From assembly GCA_963697585.1 (NCBI GenBank), contig CAVOOO010000009.1, forward strand, positions 151,295 to 215,294: 64,000 nt of DNA, read 5' to 3'. The stretch is from an uncultured Chloroflexia bacterium (GTDB taxonomy: Bacteria > Chloroflexota > Dormibacteria > Aeolococcales > Aeolococcaceae). The notes below the pieces were generated by a model. That model was given only the letters and a program-made list of their open reading frames with translations. It was not told where the DNA came from and did no database searches. Of this stretch, positions 1-9,408 are shown piece by piece (within the stretch, counting starts at the first letter, position 1; each line of letters opens with the position of its first letter). Made by a program: the position numbers and the translations under genes.

Positions 1-618
1 CCAGAGGACGGCGATGTCGTTCTGGGGGTCGAAGACGACCACGGTGGCCTTCACCGGCTGCTCGCCCTGGGGGCTCACGGTGACCTCGGTCGCCCCCGCC
101 ACCGCATGGGCGGCGGTCACGTAGAGACCGGCGCCCGCCGGCCAGGCCGTCACCCCTCCGGTTCCACAGGCGCCCGTCGATCCCAGCTGGGCCACCGCGC
201 GGGCGGCGGTCTGGACGCCCGCGGTGTCCACGGGGCCCGGGATGGACGGCATCGGGGGCATGCTCGGGGTGGTCGCGCCCAACCCGCCACGGACCACCAG
301 GGCGCCGGCGACGCCGCCGACGAGGGCGAAGAGGAGGAGGGCGAGGACTGAGATGGCGGAGGTGGAGGACCTCCGCCGGCGCGGCCCGTCGGGGGGAGGT
401 CCGGGGACCCCGGCCTGCGGGGACCAGCTTGGCGGCGCCTCCCAGCCGGGCTGCGGGCCCGGAGGGGGCGGCGGCCACCAGCCGGGGGCCGGCTCTCGTG
501 GTCCTGGGGGCAGGTTGCGAGGGTCAGGCGGACCGCCGGCCGCGGACCATGGGTTGCCGGACGGGGGACTCCGAGCACGCCCCGAATCGTCGCGACCGCG
601 TGTGACGGCAGAGCCCAT
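1..618 (-). CDS. membrane-anchored trypsin-like (S1) serine protease, N-terminal part; C-terminus lies beyond window start
   Basis: Hand translation of the minus strand (not in the ORF track because there is no stop inside the window). ATG at 618-616, Pro-rich N-terminus, RRRR + TM helix ISVLALLLFALVGGVAGALVV. Then GACGTGGVTAWPAGAGLYVTAAHAVAGATEVTVSP...ATVVVFDPQNDIAVLW, resembling the His (AHV) and Asp (DIAVL) regions of chymotrypsin-fold proteases. Confidence 0.5.
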   Translation of the reverse strand, partial: MGSAVTRGRDDSGRARSPPSGNPWSAAGGPPDPRNLPPGPREPAPGWWPPPPPGPQPGWEAPPSWSPQAGVPGPPPDGPRRRRSSTSAISVLALLLFALVGGVAGALVVRGGLGATTPSMPPMPSIPGPVDTAGVQTAARAVAQLGSTGACGTGGVTAWPAGAGLYVTAAHAVAGATEVTVSPQGEQPVKATVVVFDPQNDIAVLW

Positions 619-701
619 AAACCCGTCGCGTAAATTTGCCGGGTAGCGGAACAACTCTGAGCCGCCTGTACGGACCGGCCCCCATCCCCAGCCCTCATTG
701 T

Positions 702-730
702 TTGACGCGGCTAACCCCGGCTGGTATGCT
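702..730 (+). promoter_or_regulatory. candidate sigma70-type promoter of the cysH operon (TTGACG-N17-TATGCT)
   Basis: -35 at 702-707 and -10 at 725-730 in the 416-nt divergent intergenic region. It implies a ~300-nt leader before the GTG at 1035. Confidence 0.35.
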
Positions 731-1034
731 CCCGGCCCATGCGGACCGGTCCCTCCCTGCCCGTCTTCTTCTCCCGATGGGGGGAGATGGACTTCGTCCG
801 CCACGTCGCCTGCGCCTGTATGTAGCCGCCCACCGCGGCCGGCCTGAGCTCCAAGCCCACATACAGTCGACGCCATCCAGGCGCACCTCCCGAGTGAACC
901 TCCGGGCTCTCCGGCCGCACCCCGACCGCTGACGACCGCCCATCGCCGGTCCCGGCCGGCCCACCCGGAGATGAACCCGAAGTGCCCTGGACGCCCGCGA
1001 CGACCCGCCGCCCGCCGACCTCCCGCCGCCGTCC

Positions 1035-1838
1035 GTGAGCGCCGCCATCGACCTCCCCGCCGACGAGCTGGAGGCGGCCGCCCACGACCTCGAGGACGCC
1101 GACCCCGAGGCCATCCTGGCCTGGACCTACCAGCGCTTCCGCAGGGTCGCGATCGTGACCAGCCTGCAGGCGGGGACCATCGTGCTCATCGACATGGCCA
1201 GCCGGCTGCGCTCCGAGGTCGAGGTGATCACCCTCGACACCGGACGCCTGCCCCAGGAGACTCACGACCTCATCGACGAGGTCCGGCGGCGCTTCCGGGT
1301 GAGGCTGCAGATCCTGACCCCCGACCCGGGCGAGGTCCGATCGATGACCGGGGAGCACGGCACCAACCTCTTCCACCTCTCGCCGGAGCTGCGCAACCTC
1401 TGCTGCGACGTGCGCAAGACGCGTCCGCTGGCCCGCGCGCTGGCCGGCCACGACGCCTGGGTCACCGGGCTGCGCCGGGGTCAGGCCTCGACCCGGCGCG
1501 ACACCCCGGTGATCGCCCGCGACGAGGTGCACGGCGGCATCGCCAAGGTGGCCCCGCTCGCGCGCTGGACCAATGAGGACGTCCGGCACCACGTCCGCGC
1601 CCACGACCTCCCCAGCCACGCCCTCTACGCCCGCGGCTACACCTCGATCGGCTGCGCCCCCTGCACCCGGGCCACGCGCCCCGGCGAGGACGAGCGGGCC
1701 GGACGGTGGTGGTGGGAGGGGGACGCGCCCAAGGAGTGCGGCCTGCACAACGCTCCCTGGCGCGTTGGGGCGGGCGCCTCCGCAGCCCCTGGCTCCCACA
1801 CCGGCGGGCTCATCACCGCACCGGGAGCCGTCCGATGA
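1035..1838 (+). CDS. cysH: adenylyl-sulfate (APS)/PAPS reductase, thioredoxin-dependent
   Basis: 267-aa ORF (GTG start). PAPS-reductase fold, with CC pair (NLCCDVRK) plus C-terminal CAPC...ECGLH Fe-S cysteines typical of APS reductases. The stop overlaps the next start (ATGA). Confidence 0.9.
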   Translation: MSAAIDLPADELEAAAHDLEDADPEAILAWTYQRFRRVAIVTSLQAGTIVLIDMASRLRSEVEVITLDTGRLPQETHDLIDEVRRRFRVRLQILTPDPGEVRSMTGEHGTNLFHLSPELRNLCCDVRKTRPLARALAGHDAWVTGLRRGQASTRRDTPVIARDEVHGGIAKVAPLARWTNEDVRHHVRAHDLPSHALYARGYTSIGCAPCTRATRPGEDERAGRWWWEGDAPKECGLHNAPWRVGAGASAAPGSHTGGLITAPGAVR

Positions 1839-3253
1839 GTTACCCGGTCACCCTCCAGCTCCGGGGCCGCCGCTGCACCGTCCTCGGCGGCGGGCCGCTG
1901 GCGGTGGAGAAGGCGCGCGGCCTGGTGGCCGCCGGCGCTCGGGTCGCCGTCGTCACCGCCACCCCCGACCCCGCGCTCGAGACCCTTGAGGCCGGCGGCG
2001 CGATCCAGCTCGTTGCCCGCGACTACACGCCCGGCGATCTGACCGGGAGCTTCCTCGCCATCGATGCGTCGGGGGACGAGGAGATCAACCGCCGCAGCTT
2101 CGCCGAGGCCGAGGAGAGCGGGGTGCTGATGAACGTGGTCGACCGGCCGGAGCGCTGCCACTTCCACGCGCCCGCCCTGGTGCGCCGCGGACCGCTCAAC
2201 GTCGCCATCTCCACCGGGGGTGAGAGCCCCTTCCTGGCCGGGGCGCTGCGGGCCCGCCTGGAGCGGATCGTCGGCGAGGAGTGGGGGCCGTTCACGGCCA
2301 TGGTGGGCGGGGTGCGCCGCCGCCTGCGCCGGCGCGGCGTCCCCATCGAGGAGCAGAACCGCGTGTACCGGCGGCTGCTCCGCTCCGAGGTGCGCGACCT
2401 CCTGCGCGAGGGTCGCGAGTTCGAGGCCCGGTACGCCGCGGCGGCCATCGAGACCGCCGCCGGACAGCCCCGCCCGGGCAGGGTCGCCCTGGTCGGCGCC
2501 GGTCCGGGAGACCCGGCGCTGCTCACCGTGGCGGCGCGCGAGCTGCTCGCCGAGGCCGACGCCGTCTACCACGACGCGCTCGTCGATCCCCGGACCCTCG
2601 CGCTCTGCGGGCCCCATGCGCGGCTGGTCGACGCCGGCAAGCGGGGCCGGCGGGCCTCGGCCGACCAGGCCTGGATCACCGCACAGCTCATCGAGGCGGC
2701 GCGCGCCGGCGAGGACGTGGTGCGGCTCAAGGGCGGCGACCCCTTCGTCTTCGGCAGGGGAGGGGAGGAGCTGGCCGCGCTGCGCCGGGCCGGGATCGAG
2801 GTGATCGTGGTCCCCGGGGTCAGCGCGGCGCTGGCGGCGCCGGCCGCCGCCGGCATCCCCGTGACCCTGCGCGGGGTGGCCTCGTCACTCGCCATCGTGA
2901 CCGGCTCCGACCGCGACGGCGCGAGCCCAGCACGGCTGGAGCGGATCGCCGCCGCCGTCGACACCCTGGTGGCGCTGATGCCGCTCGGCAACCTCGAGCG
3001 GGTGTGCGCACGGCTGGTGGACGCGGTCGGTCCCGACCGGCCGGCGGCGTTGGTGTCGTCGGCGACGCTGCGCGACCAGGAGGTGGTCCGCGCCCCGATC
3101 GGGCGGTTGGCGCGGGCGGCTCACGCGGCGGGGATCGCCTCCCCGGCGACGCTGGTGGTCGGCGAGGTGGTCGATGCGATGCCCGCGCGCGAGGTTGGCG
3201 AGCTGGTCGCAGGCGCCGGGAGCTTCCCCGGCATCCAGGAGGTCCGCGGATGA
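1835..3253 (+). CDS. cysG: siroheme synthase (precorrin-2 dehydrogenase/sirohydrochlorin ferrochelatase + uroporphyrinogen-III C-methyltransferase)
   Basis: Internal ATG at 1835 of ORF 1706..3253 overlaps the cysH stop. N-terminal Rossmann VLGGGPLAVEKA. C-terminal methyltransferase motifs VALVGAGPGDPALLT and LKGGDPFVFGRGGEE. Confidence 0.9.
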   Translation: MSYPVTLQLRGRRCTVLGGGPLAVEKARGLVAAGARVAVVTATPDPALETLEAGGAIQLVARDYTPGDLTGSFLAIDASGDEEINRRSFAEAEESGVLMNVVDRPERCHFHAPALVRRGPLNVAISTGGESPFLAGALRARLERIVGEEWGPFTAMVGGVRRRLRRRGVPIEEQNRVYRRLLRSEVRDLLREGREFEARYAAAAIETAAGQPRPGRVALVGAGPGDPALLTVAARELLAEADAVYHDALVDPRTLALCGPHARLVDAGKRGRRASADQAWITAQLIEAARAGEDVVRLKGGDPFVFGRGGEELAALRRAGIEVIVVPGVSAALAAPAAAGIPVTLRGVASSLAIVTGSDRDGASPARLERIAAAVDTLVALMPLGNLERVCARLVDAVGPDRPAALVSSATLRDQEVVRAPIGRLARAAHAAGIASPATLVVGEVVDAMPAREVGELVAGAGSFPGIQEVRG

Positions 3254-5040
3254 TCGGCGAGCAGGAGCTGGAGATCGCGCCCGCGATCGCGGCGGAGATC
3301 GAGGAGTTCGAGCGGCGGGCGCGCGCCTTCGCCAACCTGGAGGAGGACGAGGAGAGCTTCAAGCCCTACCGCCTCTCCTACGGCATCTACGGGCAGCGCC
3401 AGCCCGGCTACCAGATGGTGCGCGTCAAGATCCCGCACGGCCGGCTGACCGCCGACCAGCTCGACGCGCTGGCCGACTTCAGCGAGCGCTTCTGCGACGA
3501 GGGCGAATACCCCGGCGGTGGCGGGCGTGGCATGGGTCACGTCACCACCCGGCAGGATATGCAGTTCCACTTCGTGCCGCTGCAGCGGGTGCCGGAGGCG
3601 ATGCGCCATCTCGCCCGCGCGGGGCTGACCACACGCGAGGCCTGCTTCAACACGGTGCGCAACATCACCGGCTGCCCGCTGGCCGGCGCCTGCGGCACCG
3701 AGGCGTTCGACATCACACCCTACGCGCAGGCGGCGACCGAGCTCTTCCTGCGCAACCCGATCTGCCAGAACCTGCCGCGCAAGTTCAAGATCGCGTTCTC
3801 CGGCTGCGAGTCCGACTGCGGTCTCGGCGCCATGCACGACATCGGCGCGGTGGCGCGGGTGCGCGACGGTGAGCGCGGCTTCAGGGTCTGGGTCGGTGGC
3901 GGACTCGGCAACTCGCCGCGTCCGGCGACCCTGCTCTACGACTTCCTGCCTGTGCGCCAATTCTTCCTCGTGATCGAGGCGGTCATCCGCGTCTTCGACG
4001 CCGAGGGCCCGCGCAAGAACCGCAACCGCGCGAGGATCAAGTTCCTGTTCGACAGGACGTACACCGCCGAGACGTTCCGCAGCCGGGTCGAGGAGGTGGT
4101 CGCCGAGCTGCCGCCCGACGCCTGGTCGCACCGGATCGTCGAGGGGCTGCCGGAGCGGGTGGAACGCGAGGCCGGACGGCGCGAGGCTCTCGTCCCGCTG
4201 CCCACCTTCAGCGTGAACGGGGTGGCGCGCGGAGTCCGTTACGCCCGCTGGCGGGCCACCAACGTGATGCCCCACCGGCTCGAGGGCTACGGCCTCGTCT
4301 CCCTGCGGCTCGCCCTCGGCGACATCACCGCCACCCAGCTCCGGGTCGCGGCCGAGGCGGCGCGGAGGTGGAGCGGGGGAGAGGCGCGCACCAGCGCGGG
4401 GCAGAACCTGGTGCTGCGCGACGTGCGCCTCGAGGACGTCGCCCCCCTCTACGACTTCCTGCTGCCGCACGGGCTTGCGGAGGCGGAGGCGCTCGGCATC
4501 CGCGACGTCGTCACCTGCCCGGGCGCGGACACCTGCAACCTTGGGATCACCTCGTCGCGCGGCCTGGGCCGGGCGGTGAGCCGCTGGCTCGACGACAGCC
4601 GGCTGCAGGACCTTCCCGAGTTCGCCGGCACCAGCATCAAGGCGAGCGGCTGCCCCAACTCGTGCAGCCAGCACCACATCGCCACCGTCGGCTTCTACGG
4701 CAACAGCAAGCACGTCGGCGACGACCCCGTGCCCCATTACATGCTGATGCTGGGCGGCGGGATCGACTCGCGCGGGGCCCGGATGGCCCAGCCGGTGATG
4801 AAGATCCCGGCGCGGCGGGTGCCGGCCGCGCTGGAGCGGCTGGTCGCTCAGTACCGCGAGGAGCGTGGCGGTGGCGAGCTGTTCGCGCAGTGGGTGGAGC
4901 GGGCCGACCGCGAGGCGGTCAGGGCGCGCCTCGCCGACCTCACCCTGAGCGATGCCCCCACCGCGGAGGAGGTCTTCGACTGGGATCAGGACGCCGCCTT
5001 CACCGGGAAGACCGGTGAGGGGGAGTGCGCCGCGGTCTGA
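3250..5040 (+). CDS. sir: ferredoxin-dependent sulfite reductase (NirA/SirA family)
   Basis: ATG at 3250 overlaps the cysG stop; 596 aa. Siroheme/4Fe-4S motif TCPGADTCNLG...ASGCPNSCSQHHIA. Sits with cysH and cysG. Confidence 0.9.
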   Translation: MIGEQELEIAPAIAAEIEEFERRARAFANLEEDEESFKPYRLSYGIYGQRQPGYQMVRVKIPHGRLTADQLDALADFSERFCDEGEYPGGGGRGMGHVTTRQDMQFHFVPLQRVPEAMRHLARAGLTTREACFNTVRNITGCPLAGACGTEAFDITPYAQAATELFLRNPICQNLPRKFKIAFSGCESDCGLGAMHDIGAVARVRDGERGFRVWVGGGLGNSPRPATLLYDFLPVRQFFLVIEAVIRVFDAEGPRKNRNRARIKFLFDRTYTAETFRSRVEEVVAELPPDAWSHRIVEGLPERVEREAGRREALVPLPTFSVNGVARGVRYARWRATNVMPHRLEGYGLVSLRLALGDITATQLRVAAEAARRWSGGEARTSAGQNLVLRDVRLEDVAPLYDFLLPHGLAEAEALGIRDVVTCPGADTCNLGITSSRGLGRAVSRWLDDSRLQDLPEFAGTSIKASGCPNSCSQHHIATVGFYGNSKHVGDDPVPHYMLMLGGGIDSRGARMAQPVMKIPARRVPAALERLVAQYREERGGGELFAQWVERADREAVRARLADLTLSDAPTAEEVFDWDQDAAFTGKTGEGECAAV

Positions 5041-5078
5041 TCGGCGGATGATCGCGGCGCTGTGGCACTCGGACGCCG

Positions 5079-5537
5079 GTGGGCCGCCCAATCACCCACC
5101 GCCGGTGGCTCTCCCGCCTTGACCCGTCTGCGGCGGGCGTCGAGAATGAGGTCGTGTCCGAGGCCGAGATCGACGCCTACCTGGCGGGGCTCGACGAGCC
5201 CAGGCGGAGCACGCTGGAGGCGCTGCGGCAGACCATCCGCGACATCGTCCCCGAGGCCGAGCAGTGCATCGCGTACGGGATGCCGGCCTTCCGGCTGCAC
5301 GGAAAGGTGGTCGCGGGATTCGCCGCGTTCACAAATCATCTGAGCTACCTGCCCCACAGCGGTTCGGTGCTCTCCCAGCTGCCCGAGGAGACGGCCGGCT
5401 ACACCACGACAGCGGGCACGCTCCACTTCGCGGTCGACCGGCCACTGCCGCGGGCTCTGGTGGAGAAGCTCATCGCGGTCCGCCTCCGGCAGATGCAGGA
5501 TGCGGGGCCGCGGAGGGCTGTGAAGACGGCTCGCTGA
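5079..5537 (+). CDS. DUF1801 (YdhG-like) domain protein
   Basis: 152-aa ORF with ...IAYGMPAFRLHGKVVAGFAAFTNHLSYLPHSG... typical of the family. The true start may be the internal VSEAEIDAYL. Confidence 0.6.
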   Translation: MGRPITHRRWLSRLDPSAAGVENEVVSEAEIDAYLAGLDEPRRSTLEALRQTIRDIVPEAEQCIAYGMPAFRLHGKVVAGFAAFTNHLSYLPHSGSVLSQLPEETAGYTTTAGTLHFAVDRPLPRALVEKLIAVRLRQMQDAGPRRAVKTAR

Positions 5538-5649
5538 GCCGGCTCGGCCCGCCGGTCTCCTGGTCAGGCTCCGCCGGCGCTTCCCATGCCGCCGGGCGCC
5601 GCGCATCGGCACGGGGAACGGGCCGCGGGATGCGTAGACTGCCCTCGAG

Positions 5650-6411
5650 ATGACCCGCGTCGTTCTCGTCACCGGGGCCAGCAGCGGGATCGGGGCCGCC
5701 ACCGCGCGGCGCTTCGCGGAGATGCCGCGCACCGAGCTGGTGCTGGTGGCCCGGCGGGAGGAGCGCCTGCGGGCCCTGGCGCGCGAGCTCGGCGGGGCCA
5801 CCGTGGTGGTCGCCGACCTCACCGACCCCCTGGCTCCCGGGCGCGTTCTCGACGCGGTCGAGGAGGCGCATGGGCGGCTCGACGTCCTGGTCAACAACGC
5901 CGGAGCCTCGTGGGACGGTGACTTCTCGGACACCGGATGGGCGACCGTGGCCCGGACCATGGAGCTCAATTTCGACGCCCACGTCCGGCTGACCGAGGCC
6001 CTCCTGCCGCTGCTCCGGCGGTCGGCGCCGAGTGCCATCGTCAACGTCTCGAGCACGGCCGGGCGGGTCACCCGCGCCGGGTCGGGGGCGTACGGGGCCA
6101 GCAAGGCCGCCCTCTGCCTCTGGACCGAGGCCCTGCACCTCGAGGAGCGCCCGCAGCGGGTGCACGTCGGGCTGGTCATGCCCGGCCCCGTGCCGACGGA
6201 GGGATTCCCGGTCGAGGAGGTGCTGCGGCACCCATTGGGCCGCTGGTTCGTCGGCAGCCCCCGCGGCGTCGCCGACGCGATCGTCGACTGCGCGGTGCAC
6301 CGCCGGGCCGAGCGCTACTCGCCCCGCGTCTACGGGCTCGCCAACGTGATCCGGGCCGCGGCCCCCGGGGTGGTCCGCACCGCCCTGGCGCGGGGCGTCG
6401 CGGGCCGCTGA
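5650..6411 (+). CDS. short-chain dehydrogenase/reductase (SDR)
   Basis: VLVTGASSGIGAATA Rossmann motif, NNAG, catalytic YGASKAAL. Confidence 0.85.
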   Translation: MTRVVLVTGASSGIGAATARRFAEMPRTELVLVARREERLRALARELGGATVVVADLTDPLAPGRVLDAVEEAHGRLDVLVNNAGASWDGDFSDTGWATVARTMELNFDAHVRLTEALLPLLRRSAPSAIVNVSSTAGRVTRAGSGAYGASKAALCLWTEALHLEERPQRVHVGLVMPGPVPTEGFPVEEVLRHPLGRWFVGSPRGVADAIVDCAVHRRAERYSPRVYGLANVIRAAAPGVVRTALARGVAGR

Positions 6412-6547
6412 GCCACTGGGCGGGGCCCGAACGCCGCGCTCGAGCCCTGAGCCGGCGGTGAGCCCGGGCTGGGGAGCCGCCGCCCGCCCCCGACCCTGGA
6501 GCGCGCCTCAACGCGGCGCCACCTCTTGACCCAGGCTGGGTGCCGAG

Positions 6548-7072
6548 ATGGGGGTGGATCCGATGGCGATCTACCACCACCTGCCCAGCAAGGCGGCGGT
6601 GCTCGACGGGGTGGTCGAGATCCTCTGGTCCGAGGTCCAACCGGCCAGGTTCGCACCCGACGTCCCCTGGACCGAGCAGGTGCTGATGGCGATGCGCGCC
6701 TTCCGCGCCACCCTGCGCGCGCACCCGCGCGCCGTGACCGTCGCCGGGACCCACCCCGCGGTCACCCCGGGGATGCTCCAGCTGGTCGACCGCTCGCTGG
6801 GATGGCTGACCGAGGCGGGGCTGGATCCAGCCGAGGCGCTCGACCTCATCGACTGCCTGGCGTTCTTCACCATGGGCCAGGTCCTGGCCGAGGTCGGGGA
6901 GCCGGCCGGAGGTGAGAGCACGCCGCCGGAGGCCGTCCACCGCTCGCTCGACCCGGAGGCCTATCCCCACCTGGCGGCGGTCTTCGCGAACGGCTACGAC
7001 CACCACCCCGACGAGCAGTTCGAGGCCGGGATCACGGCGCTGCTGGCCGGCTGGCAACTGCGCCGGAGCTGA
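6548..7072 (+). pseudogene. TetR-family regulator remnant (ligand-binding C-terminal domain plus only the last HTH helix)
   Basis: The ORF begins MGVDPMAIYHHLPSKAAVL, which is the end of a TetR HTH. An in-frame TGA lies at 6527-6529, and no recognisable helix 1-2 is found in any upstream frame. Confidence 0.5.
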
Positions 7073-7234
7073 GCCGGGACGGCCGGCGCCGCCCGTCGGG
7101 CGTTCCGTTCCGCCCGCCGGGGCGGTCCGTGGGCGGTCCGTGCCGCCCGTCACCGCGCCCCGTGCCTGGCCGGCCCGGACGAGGGGATCCACGAGGCCTC
7201 GTTACCCGCAGCGCCCGCGTAGGCTCTGATCTGT

Positions 7235-7762
7235 ATGGAGGGCCATCGCGGCGGTGGGGCCGAGGCGCTGGCGCTGGATCTCGCCGGCGCCGGTACGCAC
7301 GACGCGGATGCGTTCGCCAACTCGCTGGTGGGGCTGGTCCCCGCCGCGATCCGGCTCGGCCGGGCCCTGGGATTGAGCGGCGACGAGGCCGCCGACGCGG
7401 TGCAGGAGGCGGTGGGGTTGGCCTGGCGCCACCGCGACCAGCTGCGCGGTCCGGTCCAACCCTGGTTCCTCGCCATCGTGCGCCGGCGGGCCGGGCGGGT
7501 GCGCCGCTGGCTCACGGTCCCCGCGTTCTGGTCGGTTACGTCCAAAACCGGCTGGCCCAACCCCGACGGCCTGGATCCGGACCTGGTCGCCGCTCTGGGC
7601 GGGCTCCCGGCGCGGCAGCGGGGGGCGCTCCTGCTCCGCTACGGGCTGGACATGAGCACCGCCGACGTAGCCCGGGTCCTGGGCATCAGCGAGGCGGCCA
7701 CCAAGCAGCTCTGCCTGCGCGCCCGGGTGGCGGTGCGCGCCCGGCTGGCGGTGGAGGAGTAA
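7235..7762 (+). CDS. ECF-type RNA polymerase sigma factor
   Basis: Region 2-like DEAADAVQEAVGLAWRH...PWFLAIVRR. Region 4 HTH LPARQRGALLLRYGLDMSTADVARVLGISEAATKQLCLRAR. Confidence 0.8.
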   Translation: MEGHRGGGAEALALDLAGAGTHDADAFANSLVGLVPAAIRLGRALGLSGDEAADAVQEAVGLAWRHRDQLRGPVQPWFLAIVRRRAGRVRRWLTVPAFWSVTSKTGWPNPDGLDPDLVAALGGLPARQRGALLLRYGLDMSTADVARVLGISEAATKQLCLRARVAVRARLAVEE

Positions 7763-7765
7763 CCG

Positions 7766-9007
7766 ATGGGGGAGGACGAGGAGCGCCTGCGGCAGGCGCT
7801 GCGGGCCGAGCGGCCGGATGCGTCCGACCTCCAGGCGATTTCCCGGCTGCGTGACGGGCTGGCCCGGCGCACCTTCCTCACCGGGGGACGCGCCCGAGGC
7901 CTGCGCATGCTCGCGTCGTCGCTCGTCTTCGCGGTCGCCGCCCTGGTGGTGGCGGGCGCCCTGCTGGCGCCACGCCTGGGAGAGGCCGGGCGGGCCGGCC
8001 AGGTGGGGCCGGCACGGCAGGTGGGCCAGGCGGTCGCGTCGGGCTCCCCGTCCGCCAGCCCTCTCGCGGGGTCGACCCCTCCGCCGGCCGCCACGTACCC
8101 CGGCACCTTCGTCGCGGTCGTCGACGGCGGGCTGGATCTGGTGGATTCGACGACCGGGGCGGTGGTGCGCAGCCTCGCCAGCGCCCCGGAGGGCGATGAC
8201 GCGGCGGACGGCGCGCCGACCCTAACCGCGGACGGGGCTACCGTGTACTTCACCGAGAGCGTCGGGTCGTGCGGGGCCGCCGGCTCGAGCGAGGCCATCC
8301 TCAGCGCGCCGACCGCGGGCGGAGGGACGTCGGTGGTCGAGCGGACCCCGGCGCAGGCGTCCGACCTCGCCCCGGCGGTGAGCGGCGACGGCCGGATGCT
8401 CGCCTGGATGCGCGAATCCTGCCGGAAGCAGTCGGAGGCGATCGAGGTCCGGAACCTGGTCACGGGTGCGGAGCGAGCGATCCCGCTCGCGGCGGACGCC
8501 GAGCTGAGCGCCCTGGCATGGGCGCCCGACGACGTGCATCTGATGGTGGTGTGGGTCGCGGCCGGCCCGGAGAACGTGACCATCCTGGACACGACGACCG
8601 CCGGCTCCGCCACCGACGGGACCTCGCTGGAGATGCAGCTCTGCCCCGCGCCGTGGCCGCGCTACCTGGCCGACGGCACCGTGGTCGCGCTCGCGTGCCC
8701 GCCGTCGGCCTCGGCCAGCCCGCAGCCCAGCCTCTGCGGGCTCCCCTGCTTGACGTCGCCGGCGGCCAGCCCGGAGGTGGCCGTCTTCGATCCCGCCACC
8801 GGTGCGGAGCTGCGCGTGCTCCAGACGCTGCCCCTGACCGGCGCGCAGTATGAGCTCGACTTCCTCACGTCCTTCGCCCTCTCGCCCGACGGCACGTCGG
8901 CGATCTGGACGGAGCTGACCCACCCGAGCGCACCCGACGTCTGGCGGTGGAGCGGGGGGAAGGTCGTGCAGCTGCCGCTCTTCGCGCCCCAGGGGGTCGC
9001 CTGGTGA
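7766..9007 (+). CDS. single-pass membrane protein with extracytoplasmic TolB-like beta-propeller-type domain; possible anti-sigma partner
   Basis: Starts 4 nt after the sigma gene. TM LASSLVFAVAALVVAGALLA. The periplasmic part has DG..L/SPDG-type motifs (SGDGRMLAW, SPDGTSAIW). No HxxxCxxC zinc anti-sigma motif. Confidence 0.55.
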   Translation: MGEDEERLRQALRAERPDASDLQAISRLRDGLARRTFLTGGRARGLRMLASSLVFAVAALVVAGALLAPRLGEAGRAGQVGPARQVGQAVASGSPSASPLAGSTPPPAATYPGTFVAVVDGGLDLVDSTTGAVVRSLASAPEGDDAADGAPTLTADGATVYFTESVGSCGAAGSSEAILSAPTAGGGTSVVERTPAQASDLAPAVSGDGRMLAWMRESCRKQSEAIEVRNLVTGAERAIPLAADAELSALAWAPDDVHLMVVWVAAGPENVTILDTTTAGSATDGTSLEMQLCPAPWPRYLADGTVVALACPPSASASPQPSLCGLPCLTSPAASPEVAVFDPATGAELRVLQTLPLTGAQYELDFLTSFALSPDGTSAIWTELTHPSAPDVWRWSGGKVVQLPLFAPQGVAW

Positions 9008-9286
9008 GGGGCTGCGCCGGCGCGCCCCTCTGCGCCCCGGCTCGCCGGCGCGCGCCTCGGCGCCGTCCAGGCGCCGCGCGTCCACCCCGTGGCACCGAGG
9101 CCGGCGCGCCCCCCCGCGCGCCGGTGGTGGGTAGGTACCACCGGCCGGCTGTCGCCGCGGGCCCGTCTACCCGCCACCAGCGTGGCACAGCCCGAGGGTC
9201 CGAGGAACCCCCCCATTCGGGCGGCCACCGAGTTCGGCCGAGAGCACCAAATGTTGGGGGGTAGGCGCGGGGCGCACCCTGCCGGG

Positions 9287-9375
9287 CCCGGCCCTCCTCG
9301 GACTGCCGCGGCCCTCCTCGGGCTGCCCGGCCCGCCTCGGGCTGCCCGGCCCTCCAAGCCCTGCCCCGGCCCGAG
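9287..9375. repeat. GC-rich tandem repeat, 4-5 copies of an 18-19-bp unit (CGGCCCTCCTCGGGCTGCC-like)
   Basis: Read directly: cggccctcctcggactgcc / cggccctcctcgggctgcc / cggcccgcctcgggctgcc / cggccctccaagccctgcc. Confidence 0.6.
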
Positions 9376-9408
9376 CCGCACTGACGCGTCCACCTGACCC
9401 ACTCCGCC

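Noticed and set aside
2281-5040. 919-aa ORF suggesting a much longer sulfite reductase
   Set aside because: The first ~320 codons are an Arg/Gly/Pro-rich out-of-frame shadow of cysG. The ATG at 3250, overlapping the cysG stop, gives a normal-length enzyme.
9287-9375. Possible CRISPR array
   Set aside because: The units are contiguous 18-19-bp tandem repeats without unique spacers, and there are no cas genes.
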